The notes below the pieces were generated by a model that worked only from the letters and a program-made list of their open reading frames with translations, ran no database searches and was not told where the DNA came from. A stretch of 64,000 nt of DNA from Marsupella aquatica (Eukaryota > Plantae > Marchantiophyta). The first letter of the stretch is position 1. Every line of letters starts with the position of its first letter. Location of the stretch: assembly GCA_973895155.1 (NCBI GenBank), contig OZ316894.1:4860944-4924943 (forward strand), written 5' to 3'. This document shows positions 23,736 through 36,782 of the stretch, one piece after another. A program made the translations under genes and the position numbers.

Positions 23736-26700
23736 AAAGTGGTTGTCTTCAGATGTTTGATTTCAGAGTGTAGGCTAGGATGTAATCTCTTTCCTGACCC
23801 TTTCGCTCAGATAGATCTTCATCCAAACTTTTTGCTAGGACATATAGGACTCTTCAGCATCTATTGAATTTGGCATTTAGCTAAAGATCATGTTAAGATT
23901 CTGACTTCTTCATTTCCAATTAGTGTTTCTAGTTGGATTATAAGAAACCTGTATGATGGAGTCATAAGTTTAAAAAAACAAAGCTCCCATGGTAGCCAAA
24001 GTTGTCCAAAATACCTAGACAGGATGTCATTTAACGTTGACTATGTTCAATGCCCGGTTCAATGATGCTAGTTACAAAATTTCCAAAATACTTTTTCTCA
24101 ACACTCATACATTGTTGTTGACTGTGTAATCCCATCCAAGATATGTGTGATAACCTTACATGCTATGGGATTGTTCTAAGCAAACTTGGATGGTTTGTGG
24201 AATTATAGAGCGCTCTTTATATGAAAGTCGCACTTTTCAGAATTTTGAGATCTCATCCAAGATTACAGGTTTGGATGGAATTCCATCCAAAAAGTTATGA
24301 CAGAGATTGTATTGCATCTTCCAGGTTTTCATATATAGTGACTAATATTCCATCCAGTTGGTCTTTCAACACAATGTAACAAAGCCTTGGGTGGGACCAT
24401 TACTTTAATCTCAAAACAAAAAATAATCTTATCATTATGAAATCTCTAAAAACATAAGTCTAAATATTGACTAGTAAAAATACATTTGAAAAGAAGTAAA
24501 TCAAGTGTTTCTCCTCTCATGAAGGTGGCCCTATATAACCTTAGTCTCTTTTTGACATGATCATTATGATTCTACATTTATGGGGGTTTTCTTTGTTCCA
24601 TTTGCCATTAATGAGATTGATGAGAATTTCTTTTTTAAACATTTGTCATTAATTGCTAGAAAAATCATGATTAATAAAGTACACTTTCTCAAACAAAGAG
24701 CATACTGGACTCCCTACAAAACAATTAAAAACCAGTGTTATTAATAGTTTTTGAGTTTATGGATTTGTTTGCTAGTGATGCCAACATTCACTTATGCAAA
24801 ATACATCATAAACTATAAACTCATAAAAATATCTCATAGTTTTATAGATGCGCCCAGTGCATATCCATTGCACAAAAATATTGAGAGATAATAAAATGCA
24901 AGTGATTGCCTAGCTCTTGCCTCCAAGACACTTGCTCCCTCACCCTTGTGACAACAATTTGTCATGAGGAGTGAGGTGACAACTACAATGAGGACCACAG
25001 AGAGATGAAAAGACAGTGAGAGAGGTGGAGAAGAGCAAGGGATAATGATAATAATTTACCCAACTAGAAGCTCCTTCCAAAAAATTAACACCACATTTGG
25101 GCATATCACCCGTTTGCATCACAAAGAGGAACATGTATGATTGTGGTAACAAACATTCATGAATAGTCATGGTTTTTGGGCTCTTTTAGCCTTTCCCCTC
25201 CTTTCCTTTCGAACGCCTATCCCTGCACAAAAGGGATGGCACTCACAGACTACAAGGCAGATCCCCATGCTAGGCAAGGGAGGTTCCAAGGGTTAAGAGG
25301 GAGTTTTGGCAGACTTGGCAACCAGGAAAGAGTGGCAGTATGAAAATGACCAAAATCATTTCTCACCAAAAAATATAACATGAATGAGATTTTGGAGAGA
25401 TTGAATATTGTCAAGGGGTTTTGATGGCATATGTACAAATTATGCCCACTTAATTTTAAAACAAAGAAATATAGTACTACCAATGAGTTTGAAAAATTGA
25501 GCTGGACCCACATACTAGTTTTACGGAGGAGAATGACTTCCTTGAATTTTGTTAATGCATTTCTCTTGAGACAAGGGGGACCAGTTGTCCAACTAATCGA
25601 TGGTGTATCAAGCTAGGGAATCAGCTGCAATAAAAATTGACCTCACGTTAACTAGTGACTGCACGCTAAGAATATTTGTCACAGTCAAAGCTACTAAGAA
25701 TTGTCATATCTGGATGTCAGATATAGACCCCAGAACACCTTTGTGGTTACCTTTAGTGAACCTTTGTTTACCTTATACCCCACACTTCTTTATTTGTATT
25801 TCTATAAATGATTTTGACAGATAATCTCTAGGCCTATGTAATGTTTTCTTTGTATTTGTATCGACGGTTATGAGCCCCCGTATGAGCCATGATATTTTTC
25901 TTCCTATGTAATGTTTTCTTTGTATTTCTAAGGATGGTTATGTGCCATAACCCCTCTCCTGGCCTAGGGTTACGGGATTTCAACCTCTGGCTAGCCTGCC
26001 TCAAAGATTATTTCAGATGCAATTTTCAGGTCAAAATAACCAGGAACCACACTTAAGGGTTTATGCTCCTTTTTAGCACCTCCGGATAGTCCCCTAACCC
26101 CTTTGGGGCCATGGGTTATCCTACACAATACCAAAGAGTTGGCATTCACATTATTCAATGATATCGTCTAGATCAGTTAGAGGCACAAACAATGGAGTGC
26201 AGGTCCGTTGAAGAGATCAACTCATCCTATTTTCCAATAAATCTACATCTATAATTCCCGAGAGCAGTGAGGGCTGACCATTCCAAAAATTCAGTTTTCG
26301 TCAAACAAATGAGTTTATTCATTTCCTGATTGGTTTGTTGAAGAGACTTGTTGAAGAGACGCAACTGTTCCGCCATATTGAAAGTTAACAATGAACAGAG
26401 GTCAATATTTTGTGGTTAATTTTTTAAGTAGATATCTTGGTGAGATGGCCAGATTTGAAGCCTGTCATTATTTAATAAGCAAGTCTTTTCAATGACAAAT
26501 TTTTTGTGGCTCAAAATAAAATGGGGATTTAAGCTCTACGTTATCCCTTTGAACCAATTATGTTTTTTGGATGATATGCTGGTCTGGGTAAAATTGTTGT
26601 TACTAGGAGAAATTCTAGATTGTTGTTTAGACTTCTTGAGCACAATGACAAGACATTAGTTTGTTAACCCGAGTACAATGTCTTTCATGGATTGGTTGAT

Positions 26701-28011
26701 GATTGGTGACAAGTGTGCTTTGTTTACATCTCGGTTCACGTGCCTATACCTATTGACCATGAAGATGACATGATAGGATCAATTAGCTATCTGTTGTGAA
26801 GCCCTAATTTTCTACAAGCCTCAACCTGGGATAAAGCCTTTACAAAATGTAAATGCTAACAATGCCCTTATTTCATTGTATGTTAGATGTCACATGCATC
26901 CAAAGTGCGCACTAGGTATTGAAAAAGTTGATTATCCTAGTGCGCAGTACAAAATCACACCTGTTAACAAGTTGCCTTAGAGATGCCATTTCTAATAGAT
27001 GTAAATTTTTTCTTTTCAATTCTACTTGATGTCCAAATTTTCTCCTTGCTACGCGGCCCCATTTTGCCTTGTGTTTTTTGCTTATCCCCTTTTCCTGCCC
27101 TTTCTTGTCCTGTGCTACCCCATTGTCCCTTGTTGAATGATAGCATCCTTGCCCTTCATGACCATTTGCCCTAATTTGCGGGATGTTATAAATTGTTGAA
27201 AGTGGTAGCACCATTGCAATTGGCAACAAAAGTATAAAAGAAGCCTGGGTTTTAACTCTACATTTCACACTCCCAGCATTTTTGAAATTAGATTGTTTAA
27301 ACCTAAACCCAAACCCTAGACAATAGACTAGCTAGATGCCCTCATTCACAAATCGACACACTTTTGCTGCAAAAGAAAGATCTATAATAAAAAACTTCCA
27401 ATCTGATTTAGGTGATTTATGTATTGTAATTGACACCTCTTGGCCAAGGCACAATTTGTTGATGGAAGATTGCCTCAATGGTATATTTCTAAAACAATCC
27501 TTACTTAGTTATTTCTTATTCATACATGAATTTCAAAACAATTGAGTAAGGGGCTCATTTGTTGGGATTGGAATATGTTGCGGCCAAGATTGTGGGAGAC
27601 ATTGAAAGATTATTTTAAACAATAATTTTAGTCAGGCCTTTGCTTATAAAACTGAACTTTGTGATCTTCTGTTGGTGCCCGGCCCATGGCATGACATGTA
27701 GAGGAGCACACATCAATTAAGTTGTTCTCCACCCACCTAACAATGAAATGCTCAAACATTAACAAAACTCGTAATCAAATTACCAAAATAACTAGTGCGT
27801 TAAGGCTCATAAAAGTATTTTCCTGAGTTTTCTCATTACTAGAGTATGAACATTTGACAAGTTATTAGCACTTGACAGCAAGAACTTTCAATGATCAACA
27901 AATTTGGCTATATGCCCGATATTCATTTTGACACTGTGTCTTTCTGACTTTAATTTACAAATTATATATTTACCACAATATAGTCCACAACAAGGGCCTT
28001 TTCTTCACAAC

Positions 28012-28185
28012 CACTACTAAAAAATTTGAATCCCGCTCATTTTTGTCCTTTGTCCCCAGGTTTGTCCCATTACAAAATGTATTTTGGGCGTGAATCAATG
28101 ACAGTCGTTAGATTGTTTGGGTGATTTTTTGTAACCGTTTGATTATCAATTAATAATTATTAATTGGAATGATGTATGAAATAAG
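28012..28185 (+). mobile_element. Possible CACTA transposon terminus
   Basis: Begins CACTACTAAAAAA, similar to CACTA TIRs, followed by TTTGTCC(C) subterminal repeats. No partner TIR found. Confidence 0.35.
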
Positions 28186-28269
28186 TAAGTAAGTACCCCG
28201 TTCCACACTTCAAGTTGTCATCAGTTTTCTGTCTTACGGATGAGACAAAGAAGGGGCTGATGTCAAATG

Positions 28270-30441
28270 AAATATGTGGAGCCAACGGGGTACTTATTGG
28301 CTTGCTATCCTCCATGTTGAACCTTGCAATTACCTTCCTTGCATAGCTGCTATGTGTCAACCATAGCTTACCAGCCTCCAAGTCCCTAGTGATTTTCATA
28401 CCCAAAATCCTCTTAGTTGGCCCTGAATCCTTCATCTTAAACTCTGCACTGAGCAGTGCCTTGAGCTTAACAATCTCAGATCTATCATTGGCTACAATAA
28501 GCATGTCATCCACATAAAGTACTAAAATAATGAAACCAAAGACAACATTATTCACCGGTTTAAGATACACACAAGGATTAAACACACTCCTGGGAAAACC
28601 CTGTGCACGGATCCAATCGTTAAACCGCTTATTTCACTACCTTGGTGACTGCTTCAACCCGTACAAGGATCTCAACAATCTGCAAACCAAATCCTCTTGC
28701 CCTTTCTTCACAAAACCTAGTGGCTATCTCATGAAGATTACCTCTTCCAAGGTGCCATAGAGGAAGGTTGTGACAACATCCATCTGCTCTAGCAGCAGAC
28801 CAAATAAAGTAACAAGTACACACAATAGTTGTACTGTAGAGTACTTAGCAACTGGTGAGAAGACCTCATTGTAATTCACACCTTTCTCTTGTGTGAATCC
28901 CTTGGCTACCAACCTAGCCTTGTAGACCTTTGATCCACCTCCTATGGATTGATCCTTCCGCTTGTAAATCCACTTGCTGGCCTTCTGAAAGCTTGACCAA
29001 CTCCCAAGTTTTGTTGTCCTTCAATAATTGCATCTTCGTTTGCATTGCTGTAGTCCAGTCCTGCTTCTGCTTTGAAGCACTTGCCTCATGATATGAAGAA
29101 GACTCTACTTCTTCCAAGATCAAAGTCATATGATCATCATCAGGCGCAATGTCAACAATATCTAGTTTAGATGAATCTGTCTATTGTCCATACCTGGTAG
29201 GAGCTCTAGTAGAACAACTGAAAGTTCTTCTAGTAGATGATTTAGGCTGATCTTCTGCTTCCACAGGCTGAATTTGAGGTACACCAACATCAATCTGCTC
29301 CTCTTATTCCATCACCTTGGAGGTTTCACTTTCACAAAAATGACACATCACGTGCGACAAAGGATTGGGTCATTTTATTGGTTCGAAGAGAAGACTTGAA
29401 AATTTTATCAGAAGAATAGTAGGGTCTTTTAAAGCCAATTTTGAGACTTATGAGAACATTATGGTCTTTCTAACAATTTTTTTGGAATATTCCAAGAAAT
29501 TTCAACTTTAAAGGGATTGAAAAAAATAAAATTTCTTATATTTTAGGGGGTCCAAGGCCTAAAAATGTTGCAGGTGATAGGGGAGACATCCATGTAGTGA
29601 GACCCCCGAGTCCATCACAAGAACGAGTTCCATACCCAAAGCATCTCTTTATCTCTTGTCATGAACATCATCATGACTTATCTCCCTCCAACCGGATCCA
29701 GGATAGGAGATTTCCCTTTGTCAATATGGGAGCCCTGAGAACTCTCCCCCTCCTTTGATGATCTAGATTCATTAAATGAAATATCTCTACTAACAATTAA
29801 CTTAGAGGTTATTGGATCCCATAACCTATAATCTTTTACACCTTTTTGATATTCAAGGAAAATGCACTTCCTCGACTTGGACTCCAACTTAGACCACATC
29901 TGGAAAGGTGTAAGCACATAAGCATCACATCCAAAAACCTTCAGATGTGAATAATTTGCTTGACGCCTGTATCTCATTTCAAATGGCATCTTGAATCCAA
30001 TTGCACTGGATGGAGAAAAATTTACCAAATAAGCTGCAGTGTTGACAGCTTTTGCCCAAAATTCATGTGGTAAACATGATTGGCTCAACATACGCATCGA
30101 GTGCTCCAATAGTGTTTGATTGAGCCTCTCAGAAAAACCATTTTGCTGAGTATAACTTGTTGTGAGATGATGTGTAATCCCTTACTCTTTACAATACGTT
30201 TCAAATTCACTAGAACCATATTCATCATCATTATCCGATCAAATATATCTCACCTTGTTACCAGTTTGATTCTCAACCTTGGGCTTTTCACTCCTTAAAA
30301 GTGGCAAAAACATCAAACTTATAGTGTAGAAAGTATATCCACACATACCTTGAGTAATCATCAATGAACGTGACATAGTAAATTTTTCCAAAATGTGAGG
30401 GACTAGAGGGTGGTCCCCACACATCACTATGTATATACTCA
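28270..30441 (-). mobile_element. Ty1/copia integrase core to reverse transcriptase, degenerate and 3'-truncated
   Basis: HSDVWG, LPHEFWAKAVNTAAYLVN, KLESKSRKCIFL, LKDNKTWELV, VAKGFTQEKGVNYNEVFSPVAKY, QMDVVTTFLYG, LYGLKQSPR, LVLYVDDMLIV, FKMKDSGPTKRILGM. Many stops and frameshifts; no RNase H or 3' LTR seen. Confidence 0.95.
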
Positions 30442-31540
30442 TGTATACACCCTTCCGGCCCCGACATACCCCATCTCTTGGCCCTCGTACTCCCCCTTGT
30501 ATACTCTACAATAGTTGTGGCCTAAGCTCGTAGAGCCGGCCGACGTAGAAGACGTCCTCCTTGCCGATCGTTGCTCCTCGCCGGCTACGCAACCGTGCCC
30601 GTGCTCGCCCGCCGACTACCGTCTCGCAGCTCTGGCTTTTTACCCCGATATTTGATTTTTTAACCCTGGTCCGACGCCTTCCAGTCCTACGCGACTGCAT
30701 ACACAGCTGGAGCAGCTCCCCCAACCCAACGATCAACACCCGGCCAGTTGCCCTGCCCCCTTATGCCCGCCATACCTGACCGTGCCCTCGTATTTGTCTG
30801 CACTTTACACATATTTTTGGTTAAGGGGCTTAAGACCCCTTTAAGGGCCTGATTTTTTGTCTTTTTCTTACCGGCTCTTCTATTGGCTCTCCCGGGCCCA
30901 ATGATCCTCCATTTTAACTGTTCCAACAAGGGGAACAGCCCCCTATGAGCCTTGCTGTATTGTATGGGGAATATTCCAAAAAAACAGAGAGCGTGTTTTT
31001 GGCTCTTAGTCAAAGATTCTAAGGTCCGAACGATATATTTTTTGGATCTTTCCAGCAAGGTTGAAGCCACTGAAGTTAGCAACGCGGCGCACCAATCAAA
31101 TCATGATTCCCACAATGAAGGGTACTGGGCATTTTGGTTATTCCCTAAGGTGGTGAAAATGGGGGAGTCTCCCAAGGTTTTACCCACCTCAACCTGAATA
31201 ATTTTTTTGTCAGATTTTGGTTTCGATTTTGATTTTCAGTGTTGGACTCTTAGCTTTGTGGGCTACGTGGTGATGATTAGTTTTGAGTTTTTTGAAACGT
31301 TGCAAAAAATGACATTTTTTATGATTTTCTCATATGAGTGATTCAAAGTAGATTTTTGAAGACGTCGAGCTTGAAGCGTGAGGATCACCATGACGGTTTG
31401 AGGTGGAGAGAGAGAAGTAGGAGGAAGAGCTTGTACCATTTGAGGAAGAAGGAGTATCACCGATACAATCAACGGTGCAGCAAGTGGAGGAAGCAGTCAT
31501 ACTACCGGAGCTAGTAACGGTAGTTGTGAAGAAAAAAGAG

Positions 31541-33850
31541 ATGACATCCACGTTCGGAGATATCAAGTTTGAGGTGAAAAAGTATGATGGGCATACGGAC
31601 TACTTGCTCTGGGAGAAACAAGTGAAAAGAGTTTTTTGTGCTACAGACCTAAATCATCTTCTCTTTGTGCAAGAGATGTACGACGGTGAAGAGGAGATTC
31701 CATTGAAGACGTGGAAGCAGGAACAAGTGATTGTAGTGAATGTAGTGATGCTTTATCTGAAGCTGCATATCATCAAGAAGTTGAATGACTACGAGGATTG
31801 TGCGTCCCTGTTCAAAGCCCTAAGGGAGAAGTACTATTGGGAGGATGCATCAAACCGATTGTACAAGAAGTCTCCCTTGATGAGCCTAAGGCTCAAAGAG
31901 GGGAACAAGCTTCAAGATCACTTGGATGAATTTGATAGCCTAGCTATTGATTTGTCAAATCTCGGTAAAGGCGTTGAAGAGGACAAGGCTTTGCTTCTTC
32001 TTAGCTCTTTACCCCCGTCTTATCAGGGTTTGAAGCATGTTCTCTTGTATAGAGACCTAAAGTCTATTTCATACAATGAGGTGATAAGCTCTTTGCTGTC
32101 AGATGATGCACAGAAAAAATTGGGTCAAGCCCAGACAATATCTTTATCCGGTACCTCGTTGAATGTGAATCGTGGGAGGTCTACACAGCGGACGAATGGA
32201 AAAAATAAGTTTAGATCTAAGTCAAGGGGAAGATCTAAATCTAGAGGGAAATCGCAAGAGAGAATGTCTCTTGCATATTGGAGATGTGGCAAGCCTAGCC
32301 ACATGAAGAGGGATTGTCGGGTAAAGGAGTCTACCGTATCAGCTAACACGACATCAAGCGCACATGAGGTAGATTTACTCGATGATGATATTTTATGATG
32401 CCGAGATTTTGCTCTCAACGTAGTGTCACATCCAAGTGATGATGACTGGATACTAAACAATGCATATACTTTTCACATTTGCTCTAGGAAAGATTGTTTT
32501 TGTTCTTACACGGTTTCCAACGGTTCAATGTTGATGGGAAATGGAATCTCATGTCAAGTGGTTGGACTTGGATCTATGAGATTTCAAATGTTTGATGGTG
32601 TTGTGAGAACGTTGAGGAATGTGAGACATATTCTCAACATGATAAAAAATCTCATTTCACTTGGAGTGTTAAAAGCAAATGGTCATAGGCAGAGTTTTGC
32701 TAATGATGTCCTTCACGTTTCAATTGGTACTAAAATTGTGTTGAAGGGAAATATGCATAAAATCTATACATTTTGGAAGATAATGTAGTCTGTGATGAAG
32801 CCAATGTAACTTTATCTCATGAGGAGACAACCCGGCTGTGACACTTCAGATTGGGTCACATGAGTGAAAAAGATTTGACTGTTCTTAAAAAAAAAGAATT
32901 ACTTTTTAATTTGCAATCTTGTAAGTTAGATTTCTATGAGCATTGTGTGCTTGGAAAACAACACAAGAGACCCTTCGAAGTTGGAACTCACATCATCAAG
33001 GAGGTACTTGAGTATGTACATAGTGATGTGTGGGGACCAGTCCCTACTCTCTCACATTCTGGAAAAATTTACTATGTCATGTTCATTGACGATTACTCAA
33101 GGTATATGTGGATATATTTTCTACACCATAAGTCTGATGTTTTTGTCACTTTAAGGAGTGAAAAGCCCAAGTTGAGAATCAGGCTGGTAACAAGGTGAGA
33201 TATTTTTGATCGGATAATGGTGGTGAATACGATTCTAGTGAATTTGGAACGTATTGTAAAGAGTATGGGATTACACGCCATCTCACAACAAGTTATACTC
33301 CTCAGCAAAATGATGTTTCTAAGAGGCTCAATCAAACACTATTGGAGTGCTCGAGGAGTATGTTGAGCCAATCATGCTTATCACATGAATTTTGGGCATA
33401 AGCTGTCAACACTGCAGCCTATTTGGTAAATTTTTCTCCATCTAGTGCAATTGGATTCAAGACGCCATTTGACATGAAGTACGGGCGTCAAGCGGATTAT
33501 TCACATCTGAAGGTTTTTGGATGTGATACTTATGTGGTTACACTTTCCTAGCTTCGGTTGAAGTTGGAGTCCAAGTCAAGGAAGTGCATTTTCCTTGGAT
33601 ATCAGAAAGGTGTAAAAGGTTATAGGTTATGGGATCTAGTAACTTCTAAGTTAATTGTCAGTAAAGATGTTTCCTTTAATGAATCCAGATCATTAAAGGA
33701 GGGGGAGAGTTCTCGGGGCTCCCATGTTGACAAAGGGAAATCTCCTATCCCAGATCCGGTTGGGGGGTGATAAGTCATGATGATGTTCATGATAGGAGAG
33801 AAAGAGATGCTCCGGATATGGAGCTAGTTCCTGTGATGGACTTGGGGTCT
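31541..33850 (+). mobile_element. Ty1/copia gag-protease-integrase block, degenerate and inverted relative to the rest of the element
   Basis: Gag KFEVKKYDGHTDYLLW...EDKALLLLSSLPPSY, decayed zinc knuckle (YWRCGKPSHMKRDC), decayed protease (WILNNAYTFHIC), LGHMSEK...EHCVLGKQ, integrase LEYVHSDVWGP...FIDDYSR, KLESKSRKCIFLGY. Confidence 0.95.
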
Positions 33851-34078
33851 CTCCCCCGAATAAGTGTCGGACATGAAACTCCATAGACAAATATTCTCTG
33901 CGATTATTTCTCACTCAGAAATCCGATCAATGATTTCTAATTGCCGTTAGAAAGCCCTCTCAACGATCTATCTGCTGAATCCACCACCAACAAGTTTCAT
34001 GCGATGAAAACTCTCGGGATCTTCAAACTGTCAACTACACAAGAAATTTTTGTCACCACAATGTCACCTCCTTGGCAT

Positions 34079-34090
34079 GCTCTGATACCA
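34079..34090 (-). other. Primer-binding site complementary to initiator tRNA-Met
   Basis: GCTCTGATACCA on + is TGGTATCAGAGC on -, 2 nt from the LTR end. Confidence 0.93.
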
Positions 34091-34092
34091 CT

Positions 34093-34379
34093 TGAGGATA
34101 ATACTTATCCCAAGACACCATACACAAATAAATACTATACAAAGTAGTTGACACAACGAGTACATGGTTCACCTCACGACTGAGGCTACGTCCACGGGAA
34201 AGCAAAAGACCTTTACTTCTCTTGCTCAACTTCAACAATGAACTGAAGATTCACCAGGGGCTGGCATCAGCCCTGGTTATATACAACATGCGTCACTGCT
34301 AACCTAAGCTAAGTCCTAAACTGAGTTATCTTAATTGCGATTAACTCTAGAGTCACAAGACTAAGAGCAATACTCAACA
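34093..34379 (-). mobile_element. 5' LTR (~287 bp) of the copia element
   Basis: Minus strand begins TGTTGAGTA and ends TATCCTCA (TG...CA) directly before the PBS, with an internal TATATAA at ~34277-34283. The distal boundary is inferred because no second LTR is present. Confidence 0.8.
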
Positions 34380-34984
34380 TAAACACATAGCAACAGTGGA
34401 ATAGCCTACCTGAGAACAAGAACAATTGTACTAGATTATCCATTTTACTCTCCCATGGGTATTACAACTCTACAAGGATGCAAGTATTATACTCTCATAA
34501 ACATACAAAGATAAAGCACTATCAAAGATCAAGGCGAAGGTAGCCAGAAATTGTCATGGAGGAAAAAAAGGGGGAGGGCTAGATAAAGGAAAAAAATAGC
34601 AAAATTTGAGGAAAAGTAGAATGAGAAAGGTAGGAAAAAACATAAGAGAGGATAAAGTGAGATAATTTTGAATTTTCTTGCCTCCCAACTTTAAAAAATA
34701 AATATGTATATATTTATGTATTTTATATATTGATAATTTTAATTTTAATAAAAATTGTTTTAATTTTTTGGGTGATCATGCTATGACTCTGTGACCTAAT
34801 GGTCACTGGAACGCATCTTGCACCTTTATTCTCCTCAACAATAATATGTTCACAATAATGACCAAAATGCTAACATTTTTGTAACAATGACAAACACCAT
34901 CAGATAATGACATTTTTATGCAACATTTTTTTTGCGGCACATAAGGAATGAGTTTGCCTGCATTTTTGTGTGTCTCCTCGATAA

Positions 34985-35355
34985 CTTTGTCTCACCTCAA
35001 CATGTTTTTCTCTTTCTAATATTTTTTCTTCATCTCAACATCTTTTGTGCATTGCACTGATATTTTTTGTGTTTTTTTATGTCACCATTACATCTTTTTT
35101 CACTCTTGATATCTTTTTTCTCCTTTACATGTTTCATCTTTACATCTTTTTTTCACCTTATCATCTTTTATCTCCTCAACATCTTTTGATTTCTTTTTTT
35201 CATCTTAACATTTTTTTCTCTCATCCACAACTTTTTTCACACCTATATATTTTATTTCTCTCTACATCTCTTTTCACCCCAACATCTTTTGTGCAGCGCA
35301 AAGACATCCATCTCTTTTCACCCCAACATCTTTTGTGCAGCGCAAAGACATCCAG
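34985..35355. repeat. CATCTTTT-rich degenerate array ending in an exact 44-bp tandem duplication
   Basis: CATCTCTTTTCACCCCAACATCTTTTGTGCAGCGCAAAGACATC at 35265 and 35309. Confidence 0.85.
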
Positions 35356-36782
35356 CTATATAGATATAATTTGTGAACAGGCATCGGGCTATATACATAT
35401 AATTTTTGAAAGTCTTGAAACACTAAAGAGATGAGTACTTGATCAAAGTGGCAAGAACCATTGCAACAATAAGAACCCTCTCTCCAATCTTTAGTGACTC
35501 TCACAGTTGGATTCCCTTTCCTTGCAAGCATGAATGAGCATTTGATGCCTTCCTCCAATTTAGCATGGATTCCAAAGTTGGACTCTTGTTTCCTTGCAAC
35601 GAATGAATGGCCATTTGGTGTGTCACTACACCAGAACGAGAGGATGTTTGCATAGCTTTTGGGCCATGCTTATCTTCTCACAACCCAGTATCGTGGCAAC
35701 AACATCTATAAGGGAAAGACACGGCTAGTGTTTTTACCGCAGGACTTCCCTCTGGCCCATGGAAATTTCTACACTAGCTTCCATTCTAACAAAATTCCAC
35801 TCGACACACTCCTCTGCCGATCTCATTGGCAGTCGTCCTCGACATTCACATGTCCTACCTCAAAAGCTCTTATCTTCTATATAGCCCACCGCTCAGTACC
35901 CTTCTTCCAGCCAGTTTAGATTCTCAAATCATGTGATTGAATGAGTACAGGCTGTGCGAAATACCATGATTCAAAAGCTGCCATTTTTCTTACAGTGATT
36001 CCAATTTCCATAAATCAATATTAGACACGAGTCAGTGTCCATGGTTTACATTAATTGCATGTATATTACAGGTGCTGTCAATTGAAGTAAGAAAGCTATG
36101 CCTGAACGTAAGGTGCCAGTCTCTACGGAATTCCAAAAGAGAGTACAAACCTACAATACACTCTTATCATGGACATGGATAGAATCGGAATCAATTTCCC
36201 ATTTCTGATTTCTTCCACCATACAGCTCCCATAACGAAAAGTATAGGCAGATCTTCCATTCATCCACTGCAAGGAAAACCCAAGCAGAAGAACAGTTGGA
36301 TTCATACAAAAGTGTCGTGTTTTCTGTGTCGATAAAAAACTTTGGAATCTTACAAGAAGCTGCAGGTGTAGGAATGATATACACGATGATAGCTGCAAGT
36401 AGGGAACCGACTTCTATTTCAGTAATTCGAAGGTTTGGGTTCAGTGGACCACACTTTGACAGCGGGTATGTGTGCGATCTTGACCATAATGGAGAAAAAG
36501 CAGAAGCCACTCCCATATTGTAAGAAAGCCCCAGATCTGTGTCCTATCTTGGTCTTGACGAAGGGCAGCATTTTTTTGGAACAGAGACCATCTAGTGGAC
36601 TTACAACAGCTGCTCCGTCCTAGTCATAAAACCTACCGTGACCAATTTAACCATTGCCCAACTCCGGATATAATTCCAATCTCAACATGCGAATATATTG
36701 GCATCAACAATTGCCCAGCACGTGTGAATACAACGGAATTCACACACTAAGCAGTCCAATTCTGATAGGTGAAGGCATGCCT

